Source of the DNA: a virus
Taxonomy: Duplodnaviria > Caudoviricetes
Reading direction: 5' to 3' (one strand)
IMG/VR virus record: IMGVR_UViG_3300043409_000384
Location: 1 to 52,222 of that record
Length of the DNA: 52,222 nucleotides
Position numbers and translations under genes: made by a program. The notes under the pieces are model-generated. The model had not been told where the DNA came from. It did no database searches and was given only the letters and a program-made list of their open reading frames with translations. Numbering within the stretch: the first letter of the stretch is position 1; each line of letters starts with the position of its first letter. This document shows positions 6,956-16,799 of this stretch, piece after piece.

Positions 6956-7711
6956 TTATCGCCGCTCAATATCTTCTTCTTTGCAGGCAGCTCCGTACTG
7001 TATTTCTACGATTTTACATGGGACTTCGTAGGGATTTGTTAGTTTATGCCATTGTCCTGTGGACACATGATAGTTCATGTGCTCGCTTAACAGCACCACC
7101 GGAAGTGCATAACCATTGGGCATCATACTATACACATCACATGCGCCGTAACTGACATGCCAGTGTTCAGCACGATTTGCATGTCGTTGCATACTTAGAC
7201 TTTGCCTGGGGTTAATTGTTAATTCTTTTACTTTAGTACCAGGTACTTCGTGTAGCACTCTGTAGTAACCCCAAGGGCGTTCTGTCTTGGGCGCTTTCCA
7301 TTCACTTAGTATCCAACTACTTGAATTAGATTTAGTAAAACCACCAATTCCAAACACAAAGTCAATGCTCGGTACATCCATCTCGGGAATATTATGTTCG
7401 GTACGATCGCCACCATTGGCAAAGATTATTTCTGCATAAGGAAACTGACGCTTAATATTAATTAATAGATTTTTAGCACTACCAATGTCATCATCAGTAA
7501 AACTTTCTACTCGTGTAACCACTCGCATTGCTCGCAATACTGCGGCACGCTCTGCCCATGGCATGAAGGCACGGCCTTTCTTCTTTTTGAGCCAGGCATC
7601 ACTATTAAGTCCCACAATCAACATGTCACCAAAATTTGCGGCTTCTGTCAAATATTGTATGTGCCCTTGGTGTATTGGATCAAAGCCTCCTGTACAAACT
7701 ACTATCTTCAT
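6956..7711 (-). CDS. Cytidylyltransferase-like domain fused to a mannose-6-phosphate isomerase-type cupin
   Basis: GGFDPIHQGH (HIGH-like), ANGGDR, then ERPWG..SLSMQRH..RAEHW..EIQYG..EEDIER. Confidence 0.85.
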   Translation of the reverse strand: MKIVVCTGGFDPIHQGHIQYLTEAANFGDMLIVGLNSDAWLKKKKGRAFMPWAERAAVLRAMRVVTRVESFTDDDIGSAKNLLINIKRQFPYAEIIFANGGDRTEHNIPEMDVPSIDFVFGIGGFTKSNSSSWILSEWKAPKTERPWGYYRVLHEVPGTKVKELTINPRQSLSMQRHANRAEHWHVSYGACDVYSMMPNGYALPVVLLSEHMNYHVSTGQWHKLTNPYEVPCKIVEIQYGAACKEEDIERR

Positions 7712-8463
7712 GTCTTTGCCCTATAGAAATCTTTGTCTAGCCAAGGATATATTATGTCTTCTTGTCTAACATGTCCGTATCTGTTTAAACTATCTACTAC
7801 GCTAGGATGTAATAATTTTTTATCGGCTAGATCAAACCAACTAGTGGTACTGGGATTCATTGGTGCTTCTGCTTTGTATACTGCGAGATATATCCAATCA
7901 GTTTCTGCATTTTTATAAAAATATGCGTCCCTGCAATCAAATCCATTCACAGCCAACATATAAACTAAATTTGAAATGTTATAATTAAAATAAGAATAGT
8001 TGTGTGTTCTAAAAGTTAATCTATTATAAGTATAATTAATTGTTTGAGGCAATGCCATTACCAACATACCATTGGTATTCATCTGTTTATTCCACACCGA
8101 CAGTGTATGCAGTGGACTTGTGACAAATTGAAACGAGTCGTGTGCCCATACTAAATCTAGTAATTCTGGTAGTATACCATACTCTTCAAAATTACCTTCT
8201 ATCCATCTAATATTTTCTGTTGCACGAATTTCTTCATCTACCTTATTAAGAGTACGATCAACTGCGTACACACGATAATTTCTAGGTTCAGGTAGATCGT
8301 CACGAGTTTCTAAAGTGGCCCACCATTGTGCATCTAAGCCGGTGCCGCAACCCATGTCTCCTATTACAGTAAGACTATCTAAAAAACTATCATAGCCGTA
8401 CAACAAATTTAATATTTCTAAACTATGGTCGTGGCTTAAATGTGGGTTGGCAAATTGTGTCAT
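7708..8463 (-). CDS. Class I SAM-dependent methyltransferase
   Basis: DMGCGTG motif I, downstream YAVD acidic strand end. Confidence 0.8.
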   Translation of the reverse strand: MTQFANPHLSHDHSLEILNLLYGYDSFLDSLTVIGDMGCGTGLDAQWWATLETRDDLPEPRNYRVYAVDRTLNKVDEEIRATENIRWIEGNFEEYGILPELLDLVWAHDSFQFVTSPLHTLSVWNKQMNTNGMLVMALPQTINYTYNRLTFRTHNYSYFNYNISNLVYMLAVNGFDCRDAYFYKNAETDWIYLAVYKAEAPMNPSTTSWFDLADKKLLHPSVVDSLNRYGHVRQEDIIYPWLDKDFYRAKT

Positions 8464-8705
8464 TTAGTCAATACTTCTAATACTATTTTTTCTTTAAGTT
8501 GTTTTAGTCTAGGTTCAAGTTGATGACATGCTTCTGCAATCTCAAGGTCTGAGCCCCAACTACGCTGTGTACTTAAATGGTGTGCCCACTTGGCAGTAGT
8601 ATCTTTGGCTATTTGTACTTCTACAGTATTGTGCATTGGTTGTGCCCTCATACACATGTCAAACTCTGACAGCAATTCATCGGCGCGAATTTTCCATTCA
8701 TTCAC
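8460..8705 (-). CDS. Hypothetical protein
   Basis: 81 aa, overlapping stop/start with both neighbours. Confidence 0.75.
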   Translation of the reverse strand: MNEWKIRADELLSEFDMCMRAQPMHNTVEVQIAKDTTAKWAHHLSTQRSWGSDLEIAEACHQLEPRLKQLKEKIVLEVLTK

Positions 8706-9154
8706 AGCACAACATCCTCCATACCTGCTGTACGCAATCTAGTCACGTGGCCAATCATGAAGTTCTTCGACTCAATCCCTTTAAGTAAGCCCAACCACTT
8801 GTTGCGTACAAGTGCAACCTCGTTGATAATTGTTTCAAAATCAATTACTTCATCTTCGCCATCCACATACTTTTCAGCATCACGACTTGTTAATGCCCTA
8901 GCGTATGCTTCTAAATACTTTTGAAAGTGCTTACGGCGAATTTTCCTTAACTGTATATTAAGGAAGTTAAGCACCGCTTCAATTTCTTGTAATTGATTAA
9001 AGCGATGCTCGGTGATACCGGGCAAGGTTGCAATGTTTTTTTCAAGGTGTCCCTTGACATTACAATCATACTTTGCCTCTACTAATTCATTTTCGTAGTA
9101 GTTGATAAAGTCTGGTATCTCTCCAAGATTTTGTACAATCCGGTTATACCACAT
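8702..9154 (-). CDS. uvsY: Recombination mediator UvsY-like protein
   Basis: Helical 150-aa protein with LTSRDAEKYVDG and C-terminal RLRTAG; close to uvsX. Confidence 0.7.
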   Translation of the reverse strand: MWYNRIVQNLGEIPDFINYYENELVEAKYDCNVKGHLEKNIATLPGITEHRFNQLQEIEAVLNFLNIQLRKIRRKHFQKYLEAYARALTSRDAEKYVDGEDEVIDFETIINEVALVRNKWLGLLKGIESKNFMIGHVTRLRTAGMEDVVL

Positions 9155-9156
9155 CG

Positions 9157-9384
9157 TTAATCTTCGTAGTCGTATGGTTCTTCTTCGTCTTCGTCGCCAG
9201 CGTATTCTTTAAGAGCTTTTTTAAGATTAGCATCTGTGCCACTGAACTCAATAAGTTCAATATCACCTAATAGATCTACTAGAATACTCATTAAATTGTC
9301 GGCTGCCTCTTGACGATCCTTAACCGGAATATACTGTTTAAGCACAGTATATGTTTCACTCAATACATCAACTTCGATACTCAT
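9157..9384 (-). CDS. Small acidic hypothetical protein
   Basis: 75 aa, tightly packed between uvsX and uvsY, acidic tail. Confidence 0.75.
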   Translation of the reverse strand: MSIEVDVLSETYTVLKQYIPVKDRQEAADNLMSILVDLLGDIELIEFSGTDANLKKALKEYAGDEDEEEPYDYED

Positions 9385-9385
9385 A

Positions 9386-10456
9386 TTAGGCTTCCTCTTC
9401 TATTTTTGCCTCTGCAGGGATTGCAATTACATGGTGTGGATTAGCAGTGAAGTCGGCCATTATTTGATCCAATGAACCATTTTCATTTCTCTCCCACGCC
9501 TTACGAAACTGTTTAATAACCTTGCCATCTGTTAGTGTGTATTTAAGACTGTTGCCTTCTTTTTCTAAAAATCCCTTGTTCTCAAACAGGTCAACTAGTC
9601 CTGAATAGGGATTCATTCCTGTTTCGTAAGGGATCTTTACTTGTACACTTTCAAACGGTTTGCTATAGCGTGTCTTCATAATCTTACAAGCCGCTCTAAT
9701 ACCCTTAACTTCGCTGATCTTGTTGCCATCCTCGTCCTCTTTGAGTTTGAGTTTCTTCATGGCAACAACAATACTACTGGCGTAAATAAAGCCCTGACCA
9801 CCGGAGATCTTGTCATCCGGGTCAAACATGTCCTGGCTGGCGTATGTGTGATTGGTACATACCAACCCGATATTCAATGAGCCAAACATATTTACACAGT
9901 TACGTACAAGACTTGTGAGTGCTTTGGGTTTACGGCCCATGTCACCTTTCATTTCGCCTGCTTCAAATTGGTTAACATCTGTGGGAGTCAACAACATGCC
10001 CAAGCTGTCAATAACAAACAGGACCTTGGGACGCTCTAGCTCGGGGATTGTTTTGTATTCCTTAACAAAGTCGCTGATGACTTTGGCAACATCGTCAATC
10101 ATGGCCATATTAAGTTTGAGCAGTTTGCTTTCGTCTGTGTCCACACCCAAGGCATGTAACCACGCTTCATCCAATGCGTTTTCTGTATCAATTAAAATTG
10201 GGTAGATGCCTTGCTTCTGTGCATTGGCAATCAAGTTGCCTGAACAGATAAAGCTCTTGCCTGCGCCACTCTCGCCTGCAAACACAGTGACCTTGCCCAT
10301 TGGAATACCTTTTGTAAAGTCTCCGCTGATAAGATAGTTCAATGCAAAGTTGTTGGTTGATATCCAATCAGTTGGATCATTGAAGCCAACACTAATTCCG
10401 TCAATTGCTTTGGTAATATTTTTTCTAAATTTGCTCACATCGAATGGTTTAGCCAT
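9386..10456 (-). CDS. uvsX: RecA/UvsX-like recombinase
   Basis: Walker A GESGAGKS, IDTENALD, Walker B FVIDSLG, SGGQG loop. Confidence 0.95.
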   Translation of the reverse strand: MAKPFDVSKFRKNITKAIDGISVGFNDPTDWISTNNFALNYLISGDFTKGIPMGKVTVFAGESGAGKSFICSGNLIANAQKQGIYPILIDTENALDEAWLHALGVDTDESKLLKLNMAMIDDVAKVISDFVKEYKTIPELERPKVLFVIDSLGMLLTPTDVNQFEAGEMKGDMGRKPKALTSLVRNCVNMFGSLNIGLVCTNHTYASQDMFDPDDKISGGQGFIYASSIVVAMKKLKLKEDEDGNKISEVKGIRAACKIMKTRYSKPFESVQVKIPYETGMNPYSGLVDLFENKGFLEKEGNSLKYTLTDGKVIKQFRKAWERNENGSLDQIMADFTANPHHVIAIPAEAKIEEEA

Positions 10457-11594
10457 GATTGGTTTCCTTATATAAATGTTTAAAAGTTTTGCGACTGTTT
10501 ACGTTTCTTCGTCGGTCCAACTCAGCGAGCTGTCGCATGGACTCGTTAAAGTTTTTACTTATGGGTTGTTGTATATATTGTAACATGTTTTTGTAACTGT
10601 CTTCAAGTAAAAATCCTGGTTTTGCCGCAATACGTTGCTCTAATGTTGCCTTCACTGAGTTTAACACATTGTCTGGCAGATGTCTAATATTTAGGTAATC
10701 GGGATTTAACAATGGACCAATAATAAAACTATTATTATGAAATCCCAAACCTGTTAAGAAGTCAACACAATCAAAAACACTCCGGTAGTTCAATATAAAG
10801 TGCAACATATTAAAAGATATCTTGTGTCCCAAGTTGCGTATGATATTTAGATTGTCTAAAAAGTCTACCCATCGACCACCATGTCGAATATATTCAAATT
10901 CTTTTTCAACAGTTTCTACACTCACAATCCAATGAACATTTTTGAATTGGCAAATCTTATCAAACACCTGCGTATCTACTTTGCTTAAATTTGTATTGAT
11001 ACGTAATTGAGTATTGGGGCGAACACGATCTAGTAACTCCAAATTTTCCTTCATTAGCAGGGGTTCCCCTCCGGCCAAGTACACATGATCCAATTGGTAT
11101 GCACGATCAAAGATGTATTCCTTAAATGCATCTTTTTGTTCATCTGTTGGTGTTTCAGTTACTACATTCAATTCACTAGCCCACTTGCTACTAAATTCTG
11201 GGCCGCAGTACACACAAGCAAAATTACATAAATTAGTCCATCGGACGTCGACGGTTCTTAAATTAAAAGTATTAGTTTGATATGTATCCAATGGCACATG
11301 TTTCAATTCTCGTATATAAAATACTCTATCACTAATAATGTCAAAACTTTTCTTACCCACTTCTAAATCATGGCATGGTTTACAATTAGTGGGTTTTTCA
11401 CCATCAACTATTGATGCTTGTCTAGCAAGGTTTCCCACCGACAGTACTACCTGCTCTATTGGCGCATCTTTGATATTTCCTAGTAGGTTGGCACTACGTA
11501 TACAATTTTTAACATTACCGTCAAAATTGTACATCAACCCAGTCCACGGCACTGGACAAAATGCAGAATTGGTTAGTACGTCTTTGGGTATCAT
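10449..11594 (-). CDS. Radical SAM protein with an N-terminal SPASM/twitch-like Cys cluster
   Basis: CNFACVYC, GGEP, N-terminal FCPVPW..NC..CKPC. Confidence 0.9.
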   Translation of the reverse strand: MIPKDVLTNSAFCPVPWTGLMYNFDGNVKNCIRSANLLGNIKDAPIEQVVLSVGNLARQASIVDGEKPTNCKPCHDLEVGKKSFDIISDRVFYIRELKHVPLDTYQTNTFNLRTVDVRWTNLCNFACVYCGPEFSSKWASELNVVTETPTDEQKDAFKEYIFDRAYQLDHVYLAGGEPLLMKENLELLDRVRPNTQLRINTNLSKVDTQVFDKICQFKNVHWIVSVETVEKEFEYIRHGGRWVDFLDNLNIIRNLGHKISFNMLHFILNYRSVFDCVDFLTGLGFHNNSFIIGPLLNPDYLNIRHLPDNVLNSVKATLEQRIAAKPGFLLEDSYKNMLQYIQQPISKNFNESMRQLAELDRRRNVNSRKTFKHLYKETNHG

Positions 11595-12124
11595 GCTGGT
11601 CCTAACGATATATCAGTTATGTACAAGCCATTGGCTTGTGCCATATCTAGTGTGTGTACTAACACGCTGGCCCAGTTGTTAACTTCGGCCGCAGGCGGAA
11701 CTGTTTTATCTATGCTTGTGGCAATATTACCAGGACGTACCATAACCAAGTTGGGGCTACCTTCCTTACCTCGTAATTGCATCACCGCTTGTTCTAATGC
11801 TACTTTCTGTATGCGATATTGATCCATGCCAGGTAGTACACTAACCGGGTCCTGAGTCATCATAGTACTGATGTTTATAATAGTTTTGTTTGTCCCAGTC
11901 CATCGTCGGTGCATTTCAAACAATAGTTCAGTCTGAGCAAATCCCACTTGTGCATTATTAATAAAAACATCACAGGGTTCAACGGCATCAACTACTCGCG
12001 GTAACACCTTGATGTTAAATCCATTACGCCGACTTAACCCAATTATCTCGTGGCCACGATCAGCATAGCATCGTGCCAGTGCTTGTCCTATGCCTGCCGA
12101 ATGTCCGGTGATTGCTATTTTCAC
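11591..12124 (-). CDS. Short-chain dehydrogenase/reductase (short form)
   Basis: ITGHSAGIG, INNA, YRIQK (YxxxK), RPG. Confidence 0.88.
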   Translation of the reverse strand: MKIAITGHSAGIGQALARCYADRGHEIIGLSRRNGFNIKVLPRVVDAVEPCDVFINNAQVGFAQTELLFEMHRRWTGTNKTIINISTMMTQDPVSVLPGMDQYRIQKVALEQAVMQLRGKEGSPNLVMVRPGNIATSIDKTVPPAAEVNNWASVLVHTLDMAQANGLYITDISLGPA

Positions 12125-13002
12125 ATCATGCCCCTGAGTTCTTTTTGTTTTTGTATATATACATCAACTGCGGTTTGATCTTTATTATTAACATCCAGTA
12201 CTGCCGGCTCCTTGAGATACGCATATGAATGATCAATATCGTGTTCTTGAGCAAATGCCTGTATGTTGGGCAAATCATCTACATTTAGAATACTTACTGT
12301 GGTCCATAAGTTTAATTTAACAGGCATGGACTTATACGTCATTAAATTTTTATAGAATGTATCCCATTTAATGGGCCAACGCATAAACTCGTGTACGTCT
12401 CCGATGCCGTCACAACTAACAGTCACAGTAACTTCAACACGGTCAGTGATCTTTTCAAGTTCATGCAATACCACATTGCAATTTGTGTTAAGCCTAAGTG
12501 TTTTAAGATTGGGCGGCAAGTTAGCCAATATCTTTTTGTAATTTTTACTATAACTAGGTTCGCCACCGTTAATATCCAAGTGACAGATACGATCTTGAGG
12601 CAATGACCAATAGCCACTGCTGTTATTGATTATGGGAAATGTGCGTCCCATCAATGAGCCAATTTTAGTACTACAGTCGGGGCCGCATGTTTGGCAGGCC
12701 GCATTACATACGTTGTCTAATACCCCACCAACTTGCAAGTAATCTTCTTGCATTTCTGTTTGATCTAATTTAATAGCATACGCACGTATGCTATCTTTAC
12801 CTTCTTTTTCAACCTGTTCGCACCTAACACACTCACTTGGAAATATGCCATTCATAAATGCGTGTTCTATATTTTGTTGCCACCAGCTGTTGTTCATTTC
12901 AGTAAGTGAACTAAAATGTGGTGCATCAACCATGTGACCACACCGACTAACTGTGCTGTCGGGATTGAATCTAACAAAATGTCTTAGTCTAGGGCACCAC
13001 AT
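12121..13002 (-). CDS. Radical SAM protein (second, related architecture)
   Basis: CNAACQTC, NGGEP, N-terminal WCP..RC..CVRC. Confidence 0.88.
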   Translation of the reverse strand: MWCPRLRHFVRFNPDSTVSRCGHMVDAPHFSSLTEMNNSWWQQNIEHAFMNGIFPSECVRCEQVEKEGKDSIRAYAIKLDQTEMQEDYLQVGGVLDNVCNAACQTCGPDCSTKIGSLMGRTFPIINNSSGYWSLPQDRICHLDINGGEPSYSKNYKKILANLPPNLKTLRLNTNCNVVLHELEKITDRVEVTVTVSCDGIGDVHEFMRWPIKWDTFYKNLMTYKSMPVKLNLWTTVSILNVDDLPNIQAFAQEHDIDHSYAYLKEPAVLDVNNKDQTAVDVYIQKQKELRGMM

Positions 13003-13604
13003 AATTTTATTGAATACTCAATTATTTCTTTGTATACTGTGGGATAGATTTGTTTTATAGTTTGAACAATAGTGTCAAACGTAACTACTTGTCCTACTAA
13101 TGTTTCAGTTAACACTTTGTCTATTGACAAGTAGAAGTGTAATCGATTGTTGCTCTTAAAAAATGCATCTAATGTTGGATCCACAGGTCTACTGTGCCAA
13201 TGCTGATCCGTTATTTTATTAATTTGACTTATTGGTAGTAGTTGTATTTTACCACGATTAAATCGTTGTAAATTTAAAAGCCAATGAAATTGTGGAACAT
13301 AGTGCCTGTTCAAAAATAGGTATTCATTGATAAATTTCAATGCGGTATATCTATCAACTTTAGGATCTTCATTTAGTGTATATTCTAAATACGAATGCAC
13401 ACCGGATAAAAATCGTTCGTACGGATCACGGACAAACACATCAACTTGTGATATATTACTTATGTCAGTTACTGATTGAAATCCAGACTCGTATAAACTA
13501 CTGCTTCCATTTTTGTAGATCGGAAAGACATACCGCTGTGAAGGTACTATTTCTAGTATATCACAGCGGTCGGGAAATATTATCGGATCAAGATACGATA
13601 ACAT
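12984..13604 (-). CDS. Sulfotransferase family 2-like protein
   Basis: PIYKNGSSSL (5'-PSB-like), FVRDPYERFLSG (3'-PB-like), HYVPQ. Confidence 0.7.
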   Translation of the reverse strand: MLSYLDPIIFPDRCDILEIVPSQRYVFPIYKNGSSSLYESGFQSVTDISNISQVDVFVRDPYERFLSGVHSYLEYTLNEDPKVDRYTALKFINEYLFLNRHYVPQFHWLLNLQRFNRGKIQLLPISQINKITDQHWHSRPVDPTLDAFFKSNNRLHFYLSIDKVLTETLVGQVVTFDTIVQTIKQIYPTVYKEIIEYSIKLCGALD

Positions 13605-13614
13605 CGACTAGGCA

Positions 13615-14613
13615 TTACTGCTTGTTACGATTGCGAATCATAGCCAAGATGTCCTCGGCTTTTTGACTAGACGGTTTTGCTGTTACCACCGGGGCAGTTG
13701 GTGCCGGGGTGTCGTCAGTATCAAATGGTGCATCGTCATCATGTGCCACAGGTGCGGCCACTACCGGACGGGCCTGTGCTACAGGAGCCGGTGCATCTTC
13801 TGCTTTTGAGGCACCTTCCGGAACATTGAGTCCATAAGGCTTGTAGTAGTTGGCCCAACGATCTGGATCGTAAGGTTGTCCATCAACACTTGCCTCAAAC
13901 ATTTCCTTAATGACTTTAAGGTCAGTTTCTGAAGGACGCTTTGGCAAAAAGTCACCTAGGTTATGCAGTCCAAACTGCTCAATCGCGGCGGCCTCCACTG
14001 CTGTAAGTGCAGACTCTTTGCGGCTCCAAGTGCTAGTACTGTAGTCAGCATATCCACCTTTGCTGGTTTTCTTGATGCTAAAATCAAGTCCTGCCGCATA
14101 GTCAGTTGGCATAGATTCCATTTCTGGATCCATTAGTGCGTTCTTGATCAAGTTGAAGATCTGTGGGCTAATAACAAATCTACGGATTGGATTCTCTGGT
14201 GTCTTGTCATCACCAATTGGATTGTCACGTACAAAGCCTTGGAACAAGTAAGATTTCTTTTTCCAATATTTACGACCCATTTCTTCCAAGTTGGGATCCT
14301 TGAACCATGTACGCACTTCGGCCAATACTGGGCAAGCGTCTCCATACATTTCAACGCAAGGTACTTGAACAACAATAGGTTTGCTATCTGATTGACCTTT
14401 AACGCCAGCGAATGGCAATTTGATCATCAGGCGTTCAACCCAGAAAAAACTGTTCTTTGGATCTGCGTCGGGGAGGAATCTTACGCGACTTGTTGTGTTT
14501 TCTGGAATGTTCCAGTGTGCGTAAATGGCGTTGTCGCCTTGTTGTTTGTTACCGCTTGAACGGTTGTCTTGGGATTGTAGCTTTGCGCGAATTTCTGCTA
14601 ATGTCATGGCCAT
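13615..14613 (-). CDS. 32: T4 gp32-like single-stranded DNA-binding protein
   Basis: VRFLPD, C..CP Zn site, KYWKKKSY, GGYADYSTSTW, acidic Pro/Ala tail; strong SD AAGGAG. Confidence 0.9.
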   Translation of the reverse strand: MAMTLAEIRAKLQSQDNRSSGNKQQGDNAIYAHWNIPENTTSRVRFLPDADPKNSFFWVERLMIKLPFAGVKGQSDSKPIVVQVPCVEMYGDACPVLAEVRTWFKDPNLEEMGRKYWKKKSYLFQGFVRDNPIGDDKTPENPIRRFVISPQIFNLIKNALMDPEMESMPTDYAAGLDFSIKKTSKGGYADYSTSTWSRKESALTAVEAAAIEQFGLHNLGDFLPKRPSETDLKVIKEMFEASVDGQPYDPDRWANYYKPYGLNVPEGASKAEDAPAPVAQARPVVAAPVAHDDDAPFDTDDTPAPTAPVVTAKPSSQKAEDILAMIRNRNKQ

Positions 14614-14675
14614 AATAGTTCTCCTTAAAAATGTGCCTTAATTTTGTGCCTTAATATGTATAATGCACTCGTTGC

Positions 14676-14704
14676 AGTATACAGTAGTATTTATGATAAG
14701 TCAA
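14676..14704 (-). promoter_or_regulatory. Sigma70 promoter with embedded late TAAATA for the SSB gene
   Basis: TTGACT-TATCATAAATACTACTG(17)-TATACT. Confidence 0.75.
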
Positions 14705-14729
14705 AAGAAAAGGCAAATTAATTTGCCCG
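14703..14729 (-). terminator. Intrinsic terminator ending the upstream late unit
   Basis: GGCAAAT-TA-ATTTGCC followed by TTTTCTTTT. Confidence 0.7.
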
Positions 14730-14751
14730 TTTCCGTTACCAAAATTTGGTG

Positions 14752-16224
14752 TTATCTTCTCAGGCCGGCCAATGATCTAATAAAGTCCAATGGATCAGCA
14801 CTTTGCATTACTGGCTGTGCCGGTGAGGCCGGCGGCGTTGCTTCTGGTGCAGGTTGTTCTGCAGGTTGGGTTGTGCCCAACACTGGTTCCGCTCCGGGTT
14901 GTGGTTCTGCTTTGTCATTCTGCATGACTGCTTCGATTTGCGGAACTATTGCGGGCATGTTTTGCTTGACCCATTTTAGCACTTCTGGACGGCAATCGTA
15001 TTCTTCGCCTTTGATGTCGGCCATATCATGTATGTCATCAAATAACTGATCATCACCAATTACACTATATAATGCACTGGTAGCATCTTCGCCGTTGACT
15101 CCAACTTGCAGTGGTTTGCTCATTAATTCAACTAGTCGACGAACTTCTTCTTCCGACTCGGGCATGGCCCAAGTGCCTTCCACTATACCGTTGGCCCAAG
15201 ATTCAAATTCTTCTGCCATTGGTGTATTCAGACTTTCTTGTTGTCGTTTATGAGCGCGGTACACAAATGGCAGTGCGGCATCAAAACGCTCATCATACAT
15301 CTTCTTAACAAAACGCTCACGCAATGCGTCGACGTCGTATTCATCTTCTACTGCGGATTCAGGCATGTAGTTTTCCATAAAATCCAAATAGTGGCGTGGG
15401 CTTCTTAGGCGCTTTAGTTGGTCCTTGAGTTCTTTATACCTGTTGATGGCAGCATTTGCCATTTGATCTGTTTCTGAATCTTCAAATTGACGACGCTTGA
15501 TCGAACGTACAAAATGGCTCATATTGCCCATTTCGGTAACCATGCCGTTCATACACTCGGCTATGTCATCATTGTGTTCGCCGCCATGTGCAATATGTGT
15601 TGCCAGTGCGGCCGCACAACCTAGATGCTTGTGTGGCACAAGGAAACGCTCACCATGTGGTGTTTCGATAAAGATCTGATCAATTTTACGACCGCGGGCG
15701 CCGTGTTGTTCTTCATCAATGCTGTCGCTGTGTATGATTCTTAATTTACAAGGACCAACTTCCATGAAGCTATGACGGCTGGTTCCATATAGTCGGCTTT
15801 CGGTTACGTTAATTTCTTCTTTGCTCACGGTATCATCTGCCTTGGTTTGTTGTTTGATGTCTTTGAGTTGTAGGTTGCTTTTGGCAACATCTCTAGTATC
15901 AAAGTTTAACATGTTACGCTTGGCAAACTTACGCAAGTTTCTTAAAAAATCGTACCATGTTTGTTGTTTAGTATCATCTTCTTCATCTTGTTTAATATTG
16001 TCAATGATATCACTGCCGAAATAAACTTTCATTGCTTTTTCGTCAATCAAACTTATTGTTACATTGCCTAGTATGTCACCGTCAACATCAAAATCAAAGT
16101 TAAAAAACCTGGCTCGTTCTGGGTCTTGGGTGCGTTTGGCAGTTTCGTCGCCCAGATTCACATTACTGAATCGGCTACGGATCTTGTCAAACAAGTTTTC
16201 TGCAATTTTGTCTATTTCTCTCAT
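14752..16224 (-). CDS. Hypothetical protein, probable virion/head protein
   Basis: Start at ATG 16224, 5 nt after TAAATA; VTES/IVEG possible cleavage sites; C-terminal IRSLAGL motif. Confidence 0.75.
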   Translation of the reverse strand: MREIDKIAENLFDKIRSRFSNVNLGDETAKRTQDPERARFFNFDFDVDGDILGNVTISLIDEKAMKVYFGSDIIDNIKQDEEDDTKQQTWYDFLRNLRKFAKRNMLNFDTRDVAKSNLQLKDIKQQTKADDTVSKEEINVTESRLYGTSRHSFMEVGPCKLRIIHSDSIDEEQHGARGRKIDQIFIETPHGERFLVPHKHLGCAAALATHIAHGGEHNDDIAECMNGMVTEMGNMSHFVRSIKRRQFEDSETDQMANAAINRYKELKDQLKRLRSPRHYLDFMENYMPESAVEDEYDVDALRERFVKKMYDERFDAALPFVYRAHKRQQESLNTPMAEEFESWANGIVEGTWAMPESEEEVRRLVELMSKPLQVGVNGEDATSALYSVIGDDQLFDDIHDMADIKGEEYDCRPEVLKWVKQNMPAIVPQIEAVMQNDKAEPQPGAEPVLGTTQPAEQPAPEATPPASPAQPVMQSADPLDFIRSLAGLRR

Positions 16225-16228
16225 AATG

Positions 16229-16798
16229 TTATTTATCTGTATATGGGCCAAAGGTTGTATAGCTAGACACACGGAACGTACCTGATGGGACTGGGGTTAG
16301 CATACCATGCCAAAGTAAGGGTTGTGACCCATCGGAATTGGGTCCGTTTAGCATGATGTATCCAGTATTAGCTTCCGGAACAAACCTTTTATATGGATCG
16401 TGTGGGTCTCTGGCATTTGTAAATATTGTACCCAACTTATCACTTGGGGATACCCAATATATTTGCATAGTAGATGGCAACTCCCCATCTGTATGCATAC
16501 CCACTGTAAAATCTGGTTCATCAAGCCACCAGACAGTATTACCTCGATTGGTTGGGCGGTCGAATTCTATGTTGCATAGTTCTGCAATTTGTGTATATAA
16601 AGATGCTATATAGTCGTTTACCTCAATTAGCAGAGGATCTGCATCAGTGGTTAACGCTCTGCGTAGCCAGTCTAATTGCATGTCTTGTTTTTGCCAAGGT
16701 GCGGCTAACCAATCCTTGGCTAGGATTTGATCAACAAGGTGTTGTGGTAATAAGTCTGCGACTTGAAACAACCTATCAGTTACTGGTGTTATTTGCAT
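16229..16798 (-). CDS. 2OG-Fe(II) oxygenase-like protein
   Basis: MHTD, LWHG, FRVSSY. Confidence 0.75.
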   Translation of the reverse strand: MQITPVTDRLFQVADLLPQHLVDQILAKDWLAAPWQKQDMQLDWLRRALTTDADPLLIEVNDYIASLYTQIAELCNIEFDRPTNRGNTVWWLDEPDFTVGMHTDGELPSTMQIYWVSPSDKLGTIFTNARDPHDPYKRFVPEANTGYIMLNGPNSDGSQPLLWHGMLTPVPSGTFRVSSYTTFGPYTDK

Positions 16799-16799
16799 A

